This document shows positions 22,447 through 34,884 of a DNA stretch of 46,563 nt, in pieces. Below the pieces are notes generated by a model that did no database searches, was not told the origin of the DNA, and worked only from the letters and a program-made list of their open reading frames with translations. Position numbers and translations under genes: made by a program. The first letter of the stretch is position 1. Every line of letters starts with the position of its first letter. This DNA comes from Octopus bimaculoides (lineage: Eukaryota): contig NC_068995.1 in NCBI RefSeq assembly GCF_001194135.2, positions 15,975,755 through 16,022,317 on the forward strand. Direction: 5' to 3'.

Positions 22447-23427
22447 TGTGTGCGTGCGTATGTGTGTATGTTTATTTACTCCCTCAATATGTATGTACGT
22501 ACGTATGCATGTAGGTATGCATGTGTGAATATGCGTCTCTGTACGTATATGTACATGAGTGTTGTATCAGTGTATATGCTTATATATGTGTGTGAGTGTG
22601 TGTTTGTGTGTTTTGTCTGTGCGTGTGTCTGTGTGTGTGTGTGTGTCTGTGTGTGTATGTGTGTGGGTGTGGGTGTGGGTGTGTGTGGTGCATGTGAGTA
22701 TATGTTAATTCATGTGCGTGAATAAACAAACAATCAGATTAATGAAAGAGGCGCTTTTACGAGGTAAACCTCGAAATCTTAATATTTTTATTTCCATGTT
22801 TGCTCATGTAAAAATAACACAGCCTTCAGAATGTAAAAAAGCATGATCGCCTAAATTTATAAGAAATAAGATATTAGAAAAATAAAATAAATCAATATTC
22901 CCAAAGGAATAATACCCTTTTCTAGATAGTACTATTATGTTTTGTTTGTTTATAATTTATTTCTTTTTAAAGAAAATTAACTCTTGTTCTCTCGTACAGT
23001 AAGATGATAGAATCCCCATGGTGTATGTAACGTTAAATCAAATAAACAAGCTTGTCTTTTCTTCTCTTATTTAAAGCTTCAAATTATTCGCCAGAATAGA
23101 AATTTCAACGCTCCTGCAAACTCTCATTCCCTCACTCTTCCCTTCCGTCTTTCTCTTTCTCTCTTACTCTGTCTTTAACTCTCCATTTTTTTTGTTTTTA
23201 ACACGGGCCATTAGCCTTTAACAGTTTATGTAGGAAATGAAATCCACAGAGAGAATTATGCGTGTAAGGATGTGTGTGGTATATGCGTATTTATTTGTGC
23301 AGACTTAATGCTCTCTCTTTCTCTCTCTCTCTCTCTTACACACACAAAAACAAACACATACATACAGACACAAATATATATACATAGTGTATATACAAAT
23401 ATACATGTACAAATGTGTAGGCTGGCG

Positions 23428-23459
<32 letters not shown>

Positions 23460-23838
23460 NNNNNNNNNNNNNNNNNNNNNNNNNNNNNNNNNNNNNNNNN
23501 NNNNNNNNNNNNNNNNNNNNNNNNNNNNNNNNNNNNNNNNNNNNNNNNNNNNNNNNNNNNNNNNNNNNNNNNNNNNNNNNNNNNNNNNNNNNNNNNNNNN
23601 NNNNNNNNNNNNNNNNNNNNNNNNNNNNNNNNNNNNNNNNNNNNNNNNNNNNNNNNNNNNNNNNNNNNNNNNNNNNNNNNNNNNNNNNNNNNNNNNNNNN
23701 NNNNNNNNNNNNNNNNNNNNNNNNNNNNNNNNNNNNNNNNNNNNNNNNNNNNNNNNNNNNNNNNNNNNNNNNNNNNNNNNNNNNNNNNNNNNNNNNNNNN
23801 NNNNNNNNNNNNNNNNNNNNNNNNNNNNNNNNNNNNNN

Positions 23839-23880
<42 letters not shown>

Positions 23881-24857
23881 TGTATGTATGTATGCATATA
23901 TATGTGTGTGTACATATACACACATACACACTCACACGTACACACAGATATAACCATGCATATGCATCTGTATGCTTACTCATGCGTACTCACCTGTGCA
24001 CACATACACATACATATAAGCGTTGCTTTTTTGTCTTGCAACAATGTCGCCATTTCTGAATGAATCTTTACCAAATTTTATGGGCAATTACAGATGCAAC
24101 CTGGAATATTGCCTTTAAAAAAGAAAACGCAGACCCGATGTTCTCTTGTGGTAAAACAAAGATGAATAAAAGAAAAGAGATGTAGAAAAGCTGAATGTTG
24201 CAAAGGGGGACTAGTAGTGTGTGTCTAAGTAAAGTATACCAATGTTCTCAGGTTCCCGCTTTCTCCTTTCTTCCCCAGCTTTTCTTTTATCTCTTTTCCC
24301 CCCTCTTTCTTACACATACTTTTCTCATTCATCTCTCCCCATATAGATGCTCTCTCAAATAACAATCCCTGATTTCAAAATGAAATCTTACCTACGAAAT
24401 GTGATTTCAAATCCCATGGACGACAGAAAATAATTTATTCTTCACATTCAAATTTGTTTATGACATTTAATCTTCAGATTTTATGCTCTATAAATAGATC
24501 AATGTAAATAATGAGTTTAAAAAAAAAATGTTTCGATCGAAAAAAGTTGAAGTCTGTTCCTGGGACTCGAACCCACATCGTTTGTAAACACGACAGACGT
24601 TCTGACATAATATCAAAGAACGTATGAACATATATATATATATGTACACGCACACAGACATACATACACACATGTTTAGCACAAAGCCAGCCACTTCGTG
24701 GAGTAGGTAAATCTGTCCATTTTATTAAATTTGTTCTCACCAATGAGAAGTATATGTTAGCTTCACCATAAGAATTTAGAAGCTTTAAGAGAACGTGAAA
24801 TAATTCGTTTTTAATGGTTAAAATCGAAGTACATAAAGCTACAAATAATCCTTTCTA

Positions 24858-25070
24858 TTATAGGCACAAGGCCTGAAGTTTTTTGGAGGGAATGGACTAG
24901 TCGATTACTTCGACCCCAGAATTTCACTGGTACTTAATTTATCGACCCAGAAAGGATGAAAGGCGAAGTCGACATGAACAGAATTTGAACTCAGAACGTA
25001 GCGACGGGCGAAATACCGCTAAGCATTTCGTCCAGCGCGCTCATGACTCTAGCCGTCTTCATAAAGTTAT
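24858..25070 (-). mobile_element. SINE family B
   Basis: Family motifs as above, well preserved. Confidence 0.9.
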
Positions 25071-25233
25071 AAATAATAACGTGTACATAATGGGTTTAAA
25101 AATCTCCTTCGATAAAAAAAGTCGAAGGCTGTCCATGGGCTTCGAAAATATGTTTCTGAAATGCATAGAGAAATTCTAAGGATTGCGAAGGGTTTCTAAT
25201 CCAATATTTACATGCTATTATTTATAAATGTAT

Positions 25234-25563
25234 CGAGGCGATGAGCTGGTAGAACTGTTAGCGCGCCAGGCAAAATACCTAGCGTTATTTGATATTCTTT
25301 TCTGCTCTAAATCTACCGCAGTACGCAACTGGTACTTAATTTATCGATCCTGCAAGGATGAAAGGCAAAGTCTACCTCAGCGGAATTTGAACTCAGAACG
25401 TAAAGACAGACGAAATACCCCTAAGCATCTCGCCCGGCGTGTTTTCGTTTCTGCCAGCTCGCCGTCTAGCGTTATTTGATATATCTTTACGTTCTGAATT
25501 CGAATGCCACCGGGGTCGAGTTTGCCGTTCACCCTTACGCGGTGGGTAAAATAAGTACCAGTC
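25234..25563 (+). mobile_element. SINE family B (outer copy), split by a nested insertion
   Basis: 5' part 25234-25295 and 3' part 25483-25563 are collinear with the family consensus once 25296-25482 is removed. Confidence 0.8.
25296..25465 (-). mobile_element. SINE family B (inner copy) with a 17-bp target-site duplication
   Basis: ctagcgttatttgatat at 25279-25295 and 25466-25482. Confidence 0.85.
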
Positions 25564-25905
25564 TAAATCCTGAAGCTTCTAGAGATAGGATCGAAAACTT
25601 GTCAAGCTGACGACAGCTATTGAGCCAGAAACATTCACTTACAACTGTCCACTTATCTGCAGACGCTAGGCTTGTTATTTTCCTTAACTGCAATCTTGAG
25701 GTTGTCTCTCCTTCTCAAGCAGAGCTGGTCTTAATTGACATCTGGTAATTGCGACACATCTTCGAGAAGCGGAAATGATTTTAATTAATCGAGGATTATA
25801 TTTTATGTTAGATGACAGAACAGTGTGGATAGCAACGGCTGTACATGTTCATGTTCGATTATCCCAAATAATCCCCCATTACCAATTGGATCATGTAATG
25901 ACTTC

Positions 25906-25983
25906 ATTTATGATAATGATATTGAACGTGGTGATAATAGGAGCATTTATGATAACGACATTGAGCATTGTGATAATAAGAGC
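25906..25983. repeat. Two copies of a diverged 39-bp tandem repeat
   Basis: atttatgataatgatattgaacgtggtgataataggagc / atttatgataacgacattgagcattgtgataataagagc. Confidence 0.9.
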
Positions 25984-26540
25984 AACCTTTTCGGTAGAGC
26001 TATTATTGTTGTCATAATGATAGGGCTACTGTCTTTATATATAATATCTCTCATTTCATTTGGGATAACAATATGGATTGTGGCAATAATCTAAGTTACA
26101 GCAGCAATATAGTGAATGGCAGAACTAATGACCATACCACTCATATAAATAGTAACCAATCTAGGCATATAGTTAATGATATTAGCCTTAGAAACACCTC
26201 CAAGTTACCTCTGCGAGTAAATTGAATATATGTAATTTTAGATCAGCTGATTGTCACCTGGAAAATACGTGTCTCATTGATAATGTGATTTCCAAGCGGT
26301 CAGTTCTGGGACAGTATATAATTACATTTCGGTGTTCGGTGCGACTTTCAGTTGGAAACGTCAAGAATCTAAGGAATATTTTATCTCTTAATCAAAATAG
26401 TAAGACATGTCATATCGTATATGAGAAGTGGCAACAACTGTGCATTATGCTGTCCAGAGGCGTTTGATAATATGAACTGCAAGAGTATCCGCATAAATAG
26501 ATTCAGTGTGAATATTATTAGGTGCCCGCATTCTATAAAT

Positions 26541-26885
26541 CTTTTACTTGTTAGAGTCATTTGACTGCGGCCATACTGGAGCACCGCCTTTAGTCGAACA
26601 ATCGACCCCAGGACTTATTCTTTGTAAGCCTAGTACTTATTCTATCGTTCTCTTTTGCCGAACCGCTAAGTTACGGAGACGTGAACACAACAACAACGGT
26701 TGTCAAGCGATGGTTGGGGGACAGACAGACAGGCACACACACACACACACACACACATACACATATACATATATATACGACGGGCTGCTTTCAGTTACCG
26801 TCTACCAAATCCACTCACAAGGTTTGGTCGGCCCGAGGTTATAGTAGAAGACACTTGCACATGGACTGAACCCGGAAACAAGCTA
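26541..26885 (-). mobile_element. SINE family C with a deletion in the head
   Basis: High identity to 16709-17090. Confidence 0.9.
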
Positions 26886-27258
26886 CTATAAAGAGAATAT
26901 TTCTATATAATTCTTAGTAAATTTCTTTCGATATTAGTTTTGATTCATTTTCAAAAATTGCTATTTATTCTCATCAGGAACTGTATATCAGTTGATAATT
27001 AATAATATCCGTCATATATATTTCTCCAGCTACAAATTTGATATATGAATGCAGGTTATGCCTTTACTGTTTAATACGAAACAGTTGTTTTGAATGGATT
27101 ACTGCATAGATTTACGGTTTAACTATTATATTGACTGTTTGTTTTTACCCTATCTCGTTCTATTGATCTGTGAAGGTACTCATCACTTATACATGAAAAG
27201 ATAATGATTAATAACAGTATCCCTAGGAGAACACGTTGAGGTATTCCTCTTATTACAG

Positions 27259-27391
27259 GTGATTAAGAGAGAACAATGTTGGCAACGACAAAATGATTTC
27301 TACCATAAAAAACCTTTAAGAGCCATACAATCTTGCCAAAAGCTTTATGAACGTCAATATCTATGCAGTGTACATAATCTTTTTTAAGTTG
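27259..27391 (+). CDS. Isolated candidate plus-strand exon (VIKREQCWQRQNDFYHKKPLRAIQSCQKLYERQYLCSVHNLF*)
   Basis: Strong acceptor ttcctcttattacag|g and donor ttg|gtaaga; one frame is open for 42 codons and stops just after a T6 run. Confidence 0.2.
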
Positions 27392-27433
27392 GTAAGAATA
27401 CTATTATGATGTAGCTGTATAGGACAACCTTAC

Positions 27434-27461
27434 CTTATCCGAAAAACATGATACATATCTT
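27434..27461 (-). CDS. Candidate 28-nt micro-exon, phase 1/2 ((E)DMYHVFRI(R))
   Basis: caacctcctag|aa...aag|gtaagg; in phase after 34282-34352. Confidence 0.2.
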
Positions 27462-27473
27462 CTAGGAGGTTGA

Positions 27474-27474
<1 letters not shown>

Positions 27475-27525
<51 letters not shown>

Positions 27526-27556
27526 GTCTCTCTGTCTGTTTGTCTGTATGTCTGTA

Positions 27557-27589
<33 letters not shown>

Positions 27590-27759
27590 ACGTACGTACC
27601 TACCTATCTACCTATCAATCAGTCCGTCTAAGTGTCCGTCTCTTGATATGTATGTGAGTGTGTGTGTGTGTGTGTGCGCGCGCGCGCGCGTGTGTGTATA
27701 ACATGCACATATACAAACGCACAAATAGGGAGACAGAAAGAGAGAGAGAGAGCGAGAGA

Positions 27760-27836
<77 letters not shown>
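27475..27836. repeat. (ATCT)n, (CTGT)n, (TG)n(CG)n(TG)n and (AG)n microsatellites
   Basis: Read directly from the sequence. Confidence 0.95.
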
Positions 27837-27840
<4 letters not shown>

Positions 27841-28834
27841 AAGGAGAGACAAAGCGGAAGTGTAAATATATGAATAAATAATTCATTATTATACGGAAAA
27901 TATATTTATGGTCAACGTGAATCATCGAGAACGCTGAAGAAATATGAAAATAATTATACTTAGCACGATGAAACGCGATAATAAATGAAATAATATTTCA
28001 AAACAGTTATATCAAAGTGACGCTTGAGAATAGAGTCCAGCCACAGTCAGAACTAAAGATATATACAGCATACCGGCCCCCAACACCGGTTGCAACGAGT
28101 TTCCGGCAGTCAAACGTTTAGAGAAGTTTGTGATCTCCCAATGCTTTCAGATTATTTAGATTGTCTAATCTTAGCATCCACGTCATGGTAAAATAGAGAG
28201 AGTTGTGAGATCGATTTATAAATTGATACATATGTAGCATAACCCAGCTCCGGATGTAATATGCTTTCGGTAGTCAAACGCTTACAGAAATCTGTGATCT
28301 TTTAATGCTTAAGAAGTCCTATCTTGTTTGTGAGATAGACATGAAACGAAATTAGCACATGTGTTTCAGAAACATGTATATCAACTATAAATTATGAAAT
28401 AGTGTAAATTTTATGAGCTGCTAAGTAGTATGATGCACCAATCACATTGACACATACATAGTAGACACATATTAGAGTATATATAAAACATTTGACTTAG
28501 CATTGGAATAGCTATACCGAAAAAAAAAAACATCGATATTTATTTTACTAGCATTTACTGGATAAATACGATGGTTGAATCAATAGATTCTGTGTGGATA
28601 TCAATTCTAAGTAGCTTTATGATATACAATACAAATAAAGATATCTGAATCAATTCGCATACGAGTGTACGAATACAGTTTTACTCTAAAAGCATATGCT
28701 GGAAGAAGCGCACATAACTCTTATTTAAAAGTGCATATTCACCTTGATCAATGTTATACTCCCCACCCCACCTACAACATACATATGTATGTATGCATAT
28801 AAAGGGTAAAGAGTAATGACACATTTCGGTCATG

Positions 28835-28976
28835 TATGACTATGAGATTGCACCTGGAAAGTTCCCTTCTGAGGAACAAGTCCAGGAAAGGTTGTTTATG
28901 GAAGACCAGCAGTCACCTATGCCTACCAGCCTCCACTCTCAACGCCACCGATGTTGTCCAAGGGAAAGGGAAATAG
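28835..28976. mobile_element. Probable dispersed-repeat fragment, unclassified
   Basis: GC-richer island gagattgcacctggaaag...ggaagaccagcagtc...gttgtccaagggaaagg. Recalled as a common octopus repeat; single copy in this window. Confidence 0.35.
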
Positions 28977-30892
28977 AATTTTTTCAATTAGGCGGGAGCA
29001 TTTGTATAATTTTACTTAAATTTGCTAATAGGGTAAGAAGGCAGACAAAGTCCATACTGATGCCACTTCAGCTTAGACGTTTCTAAGACACCAGGAAAAA
29101 AAAATTTGTTTGGGTCATAGCTTGTCACTGATTTTGGTTCAGTTTTAATTTATTAGTCTTGTTTAAAAAATCTTTGTTTATCAAATCTAAGACTAGAGAA
29201 TAGAGTCTATTAGGAAAGGGCATGAGGGAGTTGACAGAAGCATAGTGGCAAAATAATCTTGACAAATTTTATGACTATACCCACTATGTATGAAATTGTA
29301 TATGTATGTGTGTCTTTGTGTGTGTACACGTGTATTTGTAGAAACAAAACTACCAGCTGTTACTGTCTTTCAGCACCAAGAGACTAAGTGTAGCGCAGTA
29401 CAAGTGCGCTAAAGTATAATGTGCAATGTCTATATTGATCAATAATTTCTATCAAAGAATCTCATTGAATTGTCTAAGTTATGGTTTCTAAACCTCTCAA
29501 GATGCTGTGTTTATTTAATAAATTACTTGAAAAATCTGTGTTGACAACTCTCTCTATTAAATTTATGACATACCTAAATATGCAGTTAGTATATCGAAAG
29601 TATTTCCGGCAGTATATTGTCAATATTCATAATTTGCTATACTAAATTCCCTTTAATTCTGTTGATTATTTTATGCCTAGACAAACCTGTAGAATACGCT
29701 TCACTGAAAAGTTCTTATAAAACCGAAACATGCCATTCACTTCCCTCTGTATACATTAGAAACCAGATCTACTCTAATCGGCCTCCCTCATATTGTTACA
29801 AAATTACAAACAACTGTATTGAAGTTTGCGTCATCGCATTTTTACTTTCAGACTTTAAACACTCCTAGTATATTTTATTTACTAAGTGCACGGATAATTT
29901 CGGTTGGTCGAAGTTTTCCTTTCACTATATCACGTATGTGAAACCTTAAAACTCTTCTAATGTGTAACACGTCCAATAACATATTGAAATTCTTGGGGCA
30001 AAGACTGTAATATAAACAGTCGTTAAGTAAAGCGTAATTATTTAATGTATTGTAAACTTTTGCAAGCACAGAAGTGCGTACGTACGTGTATGTGTTTGTC
30101 AGCGTGTGCGCGTGTATGTGTATCCTTCCTTTTCAGATTTTACCCTTTTAAGAACACATTTCCTGCTCAAGTTTCTTATTCCAACCGCAAATTTTCAGTA
30201 TTTCTACAAGAACCTGATTGAAACAAGCTCCTTCATCCTCAGAAAGCTTAAATAGGTTGTGATTTTTAAATATGGAATTAGATATTTGACATTTACTAGT
30301 AAAACCCAAGTTGCATATTTTTGCGCTTCGTTAACAATTAAGTGAGAAACCGAGCTAGCCACTGATCATTTTTCTGGTAGAGCATGCGTCGTGCTAAGAA
30401 ACACTGCATACACTTATTCAAATTAAAACCTATTCCATTAGAAGTAGAGGGGCCCGATGTTTGAGTCTAGAAGAAATTTTATTATAGCTCTGTATCAATC
30501 TGAATGGTCTGTGGCTATACGACTGAACAAACACTCTATCTAAACATTTATGCACTTGTTGAAGCTTCTTGAAATAACGACCTCATATATCTCGTATCTG
30601 TTTTTACAATGGAAAAAAATACTAAGTAATATAAGTGCGTTGTGTTTCAAAACCGCGCACATAAGAAAACTACAGGGTGGTCATATCTAAAATGTAGTTA
30701 ATTTACTGTCACGGGATTGACTTGGGGTTAAACATCATCAGCAAAGAACAATATCAGCAACAAACACTGCCTGTTCCAATACAGGCGCCTAATTGTAGAC
30801 ACGCGATAGTTTGGAAGCAAATAAAAGCTCTCCCTTATATTACACCCTACCGTTCTGAAAATGCAAGGATACATTTGAAAATCCTTTCTAAG

Positions 30893-31093
30893 ATAGGCAG
30901 AAGCTTCAAAATATTTGAGGAGGGTTTAAGTGGATTACATCGACACCCAGTACTTAATTGGTACTTATTTCAACAAGCCTGAATGTATAAACGACAAGTT
31001 GGACTCGGCGAAATTTGAATTTAAAACGTAAAGACGGACGAAATGCTGCGAAGCAATTTTTTCTGGCGGGTTAACGATTGTGTCAGCTCTCCA
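30893..31093 (-). mobile_element. SINE family B, degraded
   Basis: ggattacatcgacacccagtacttaattggtacttattt...aacgtaaagacggacgaaatgc. Confidence 0.8.
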
Positions 31094-31358
31094 CCAAAGG
31101 ATGCATTTGATAACGTAGTCCTAGAAACAATGGCTGGAAGTAAAGTCATGTTATTCTAGAAATAGCAGTTAATTTTCACTCAAATCACATTTGATCGTTT
31201 TAGAAATAAGAAACATTTGACAACGTACATTTGGTACGTGTATATTTGCAAGAAAAAGGCGAAATAAACACAATAGGAAGAACTTTGAACTGAACTAAGC
31301 TGGGGATAAACAGAAATAAAATCAACAATGAAGTGAGTAAAAGAAGACTAACCTCTTT

Positions 31359-31393
<35 letters not shown>

Positions 31394-32052
31394 GTTATAG
31401 GCAATTATCTCGTGAAGAACTTTGTCGTTACAGTTTTCTTGTTTCTCCCTTCCCCCTTTTAATGCTACAGTGATCAATGCAGAACTAAATTTGTGATGCC
31501 ATCTTCTATAGCGTCTGCAAGTTGTTCCATTTATCATAGTTGTCTGGTGTGTATTTTGGTTCAATAGCTTTTGATATTCTTGAATATATCAACACTTTGA
31601 TAAGAGCACCAGATAAAACTCTCAGAATATTCTTTCCACCATGTGTAATAACAAGTACCACCAACCGGGTTTTGACAGTTGCCATAAGGACAATGCTCCA
31701 TATCGGGTACAATAGCACCGAAAATCTTTTGCTTCTTTTTGTCCTACTTTATTCCTCGTGTCATTATTTACCAGAAAATGTAATGGTTGTTGTTGTAAGT
31801 GGTAGTAGTGGCTGTTGGTGGCTGCTATTGATGTCGGCTGTTGTTTAACCCTTTAACAGGCTGGATCACGCACACTTATAAAATATGCATTCAAGCTATG
31901 GCCATAAATATATAGCCATTCATTGCCATAAATTCTAGACATGCATAGCCATGTATATATAGCCTTATGTAACGATAAATACATTACCATCTCTCTCAAT
32001 GCATAGCTAGATCTATAAGGGTGATTGTAGCCTTATTAGGGTTCAAAAATAA

Positions 32053-32347
32053 AGACGCGTGGCTTAGTGGTTAGGTTATTCTGCTCATGGTCTTAAGGTC
32101 CTGAATTCGATTCCCGGTGGCGTGTTGTGTCATTGATCAAGGCACTATATTTCACGTTGTTCCCGCTCACTCAGCCGGGAAAAATGAATAGTACCTGTAA
32201 TTTAAAAGGCTGGCCTTGTAATCGTCCGTGCTTGTGGAGGGCGTGTCTGTGGAGTGCTCAGCCATTTTCACGTTAATTTCATAAAGCAGCCTCATTCATT
32301 GATCAGATCAACTGGAACCCATGTCGCTATAGCTGACAGATTGCTAG
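32053..32347 (+). mobile_element. SINE family A variant (CORE-like body + tail T1)
   Basis: A box TGGCTTAGTGG, B-box-like aattcgattcc, CORE-like gttgtgtcattgatcaaggcactatatttcacg; tail gtgtctgtggagtgctcagcc...gatcaactggaaccc shared with 7635-8027. Confidence 0.8.
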
Positions 32348-32832
32348 TTATGATTCAAAGAGCATTTGGTAATCATTTGTTGCTGGTCGAAAACTGAAGA
32401 AGGGGACCTCATTAATAGTAGCAATATGTAGGAGCGGTAGTTCATCTTTTTACTGGTATTCATTACTTCATAATTACTTATATTTCTGTAAAGAAGATTG
32501 GTAAAGGAGATCGACGACTCACCGAAGACAGGTAGGACCAGATAGAGAGAGAAAATGATAAAATTTACGTGTTTTAGTGTTTGTTTTCGCTAAATTCACA
32601 ACAAAATGCTTCAAGACGATAAGAAATTGAAAACATGATTAATGGCATAACATACTTTCACTTCCAATCTCTGTCTGCATGCTGCTGTCAACTATCTTAC
32701 AGTAAAAGGTCATTAATCTTCTTGATCACGGTACTTTGACACATATGTACATGTATATGTATAATCATATGTATAGGTGTATGGATATGGTTATGTATAT
32801 GTATACGAGTATAAGGATATGTATATGAATAA

Positions 32833-32869
<37 letters not shown>

Positions 32870-33733
32870 ATGCATACACGCACCCATATACAAGTATTTG
32901 TTAGCACATATATATATATATATACATACATACGTGTGTGCGTATACACACATACTCACGCACGTACACACATATATACATATATATATATATACATATG
33001 TATATTGGTCGAGTGGTCGAGGAAGAATAACTTTGTAACTAAGATGTGAATGGTTAAGTGAAAGTAAGAAGAAGAGATTCGAAGCAAAATTTAGTTTAAT
33101 GAAAATATTTAGTGCTGTCGGAAGGTGTGAGCAAAGCGTTTCCAGATTACCTATATAATCAGAGTAAAGTATAATCAGAGTAAAGTATTATAAATAATTC
33201 TAGATTTAGAGTATTGGAGGCGTTATAGGAATGTTGATAAGAATATAGAAACAGTTTTTACAGGACGTGTATAAATTATATCGATTACAGTTACGTGTTG
33301 GTATATAAATGGTACGTATAATTCATAATTAAATTGAAATAAATTGAAACGAAACTGGGTAACGGTGGGAAGATGGGAAAATTGTTATCCATAGAAAACA
33401 TCGTTAACTGGATCAGAGATTTATGTAAAAGGGAAATAATTGGCTTAATTAAAAGTGGTGGAAATTTTATCGAAGAACTTGCAGTGAAATTTATACACAA
33501 TGTGAAGCAGATTAAAAGAGGAAGAAAGACTGAGAGCTCTTAATACAATAAGATGAATAAAATTAGATTATGAAGTATTAGTTTAGGTATAGAATAATAA
33601 TATGAATAGTTGTAATTGCATACACAAAGAATATAATATAATATAATATAATATAATATAATATAATATAATATAATATTTTACATACATATATACATAC
33701 ATATGTATAGCATATACTTATACTATACATATG

Positions 33734-33788
<55 letters not shown>

Positions 33789-34281
33789 TGAAAATAAGAG
33801 AGATGAAGAGATACCACGGCGAAAAGTTGTTGAGTTGTTGAATGGTTTAAAAGATTTATGAGAATAATGAAATTGTATTTCTGATAGCGGCGTGCTGAGA
33901 GACAGATACAAATGGTGTTGAATGAGGAAAAGTAGTGAAGAGGAGAGTTAAATAAAGCTAATGTAAACGAATGCACATAAAAGTAAGAATATATTTAATT
34001 AAAATATGATTAAGTTCAAATCCACTAATAGCCAAACCTTTATTACCTTTTTGTATAAGGAAGTGGCAAACATAACTACAACTCTTTCAAATTCTGTTTC
34101 CAAGAGGATGTTCTTCCGAAATTTTTTATTAAGAAATGGGCCTTGCAGATGAGAATTTTCTATCTCTCAGAGGTGCAGAGACTGCATGAATTTTATTAAG
34201 TGTAGTTAATTAAACTCTATACTTATGGAGGAGACTCTAAATGGTCTTCATAATAGAGATTTCACCACTGACCTTTTACAC

Positions 34282-34352
34282 CTGTGTGAACTTCGGCCGT
34301 TTTCATGTCAATGGATACATTTATTGGTTTCTTTCCAGTATCTGATTTTCTA
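34282..34352 (-). CDS. Candidate exon, phase 2/1 (RKSDTGKKPINVSIDMKTAEVHT)
   Basis: Acceptor ctttatttcag|t, donor cag|gtgtaa; single open frame; in phase after 36029-36159. Confidence 0.3.
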
Positions 34353-34477
34353 CTGAAATAAAGTCATTTTATTGGCAGATTTATTTGGAGTTATGCAAAT
34401 GTTGAATTTCTGGTTAGTTTATTTTTCTTTGTTTAATTTCTCGCAGTCTTTCGGTTTGTCCATTTTTTTCTCGCCCT

Positions 34478-34771
34478 TTTCAAGCCTAGCCAACCTTATA
34501 GGCCCGGTTTCTCGGTTTCTATGGCGTATGTGTTCCCTCCAGCTGGACGGGACGCCAGTCCATCGCAGCGTTACTCAAGAAACAGGAAGAAAGAGTGAAA
34601 GAAAGTTGGGGCGAAAGAGTATAACAAAGGTCGCCCCCACCTCCTGCCGGAGCCTCCTGGAGCTTTAGGTGTTTTCGCTCAATAAACACACACAACGCCT
34701 GGTCTGGGAATTGAAACCGCGGTCCTCCGACCGCGAGTCCGCTGCCCTAACCACTGGGTCATTGCACCTCC
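34478..34771 (-). mobile_element. SINE family A variant (body 1 + V-like tail T2)
   Basis: Head and body nearly identical to 7635-7810, but the tail is gctgcgatggactggcgtcccgtccagctgg...gaaaccgggcc. Confidence 0.9.
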
Positions 34772-34884
34772 GGTTTGTCCATTACCACAAGTATATTCAA
34801 AGAAACAGAACAAACATTAGAACAATACAAAAACATCTTCATAGACTTCAATAAAAATATTCAATGAATAAAATGCATGCCTTC

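Noticed and set aside
23992-24500. Consensus minus-strand donors near 23990 (cag|gtgagt) and 24390 (tag|gtaaga)
   Set aside because: No upstream acceptor gives a convincing open exon.
26941-26985. Minus-strand CTGATGA...GAAA near 26975
   Set aside because: Stems I and III cannot form; a chance match in AT-rich DNA.
27655-27700. (TG)n(CG)n(TG)n Z-DNA-prone tract (also 43175-43195)
   Set aside because: Real, but an expected by-product of dinucleotide repeats here; nothing suggests function.
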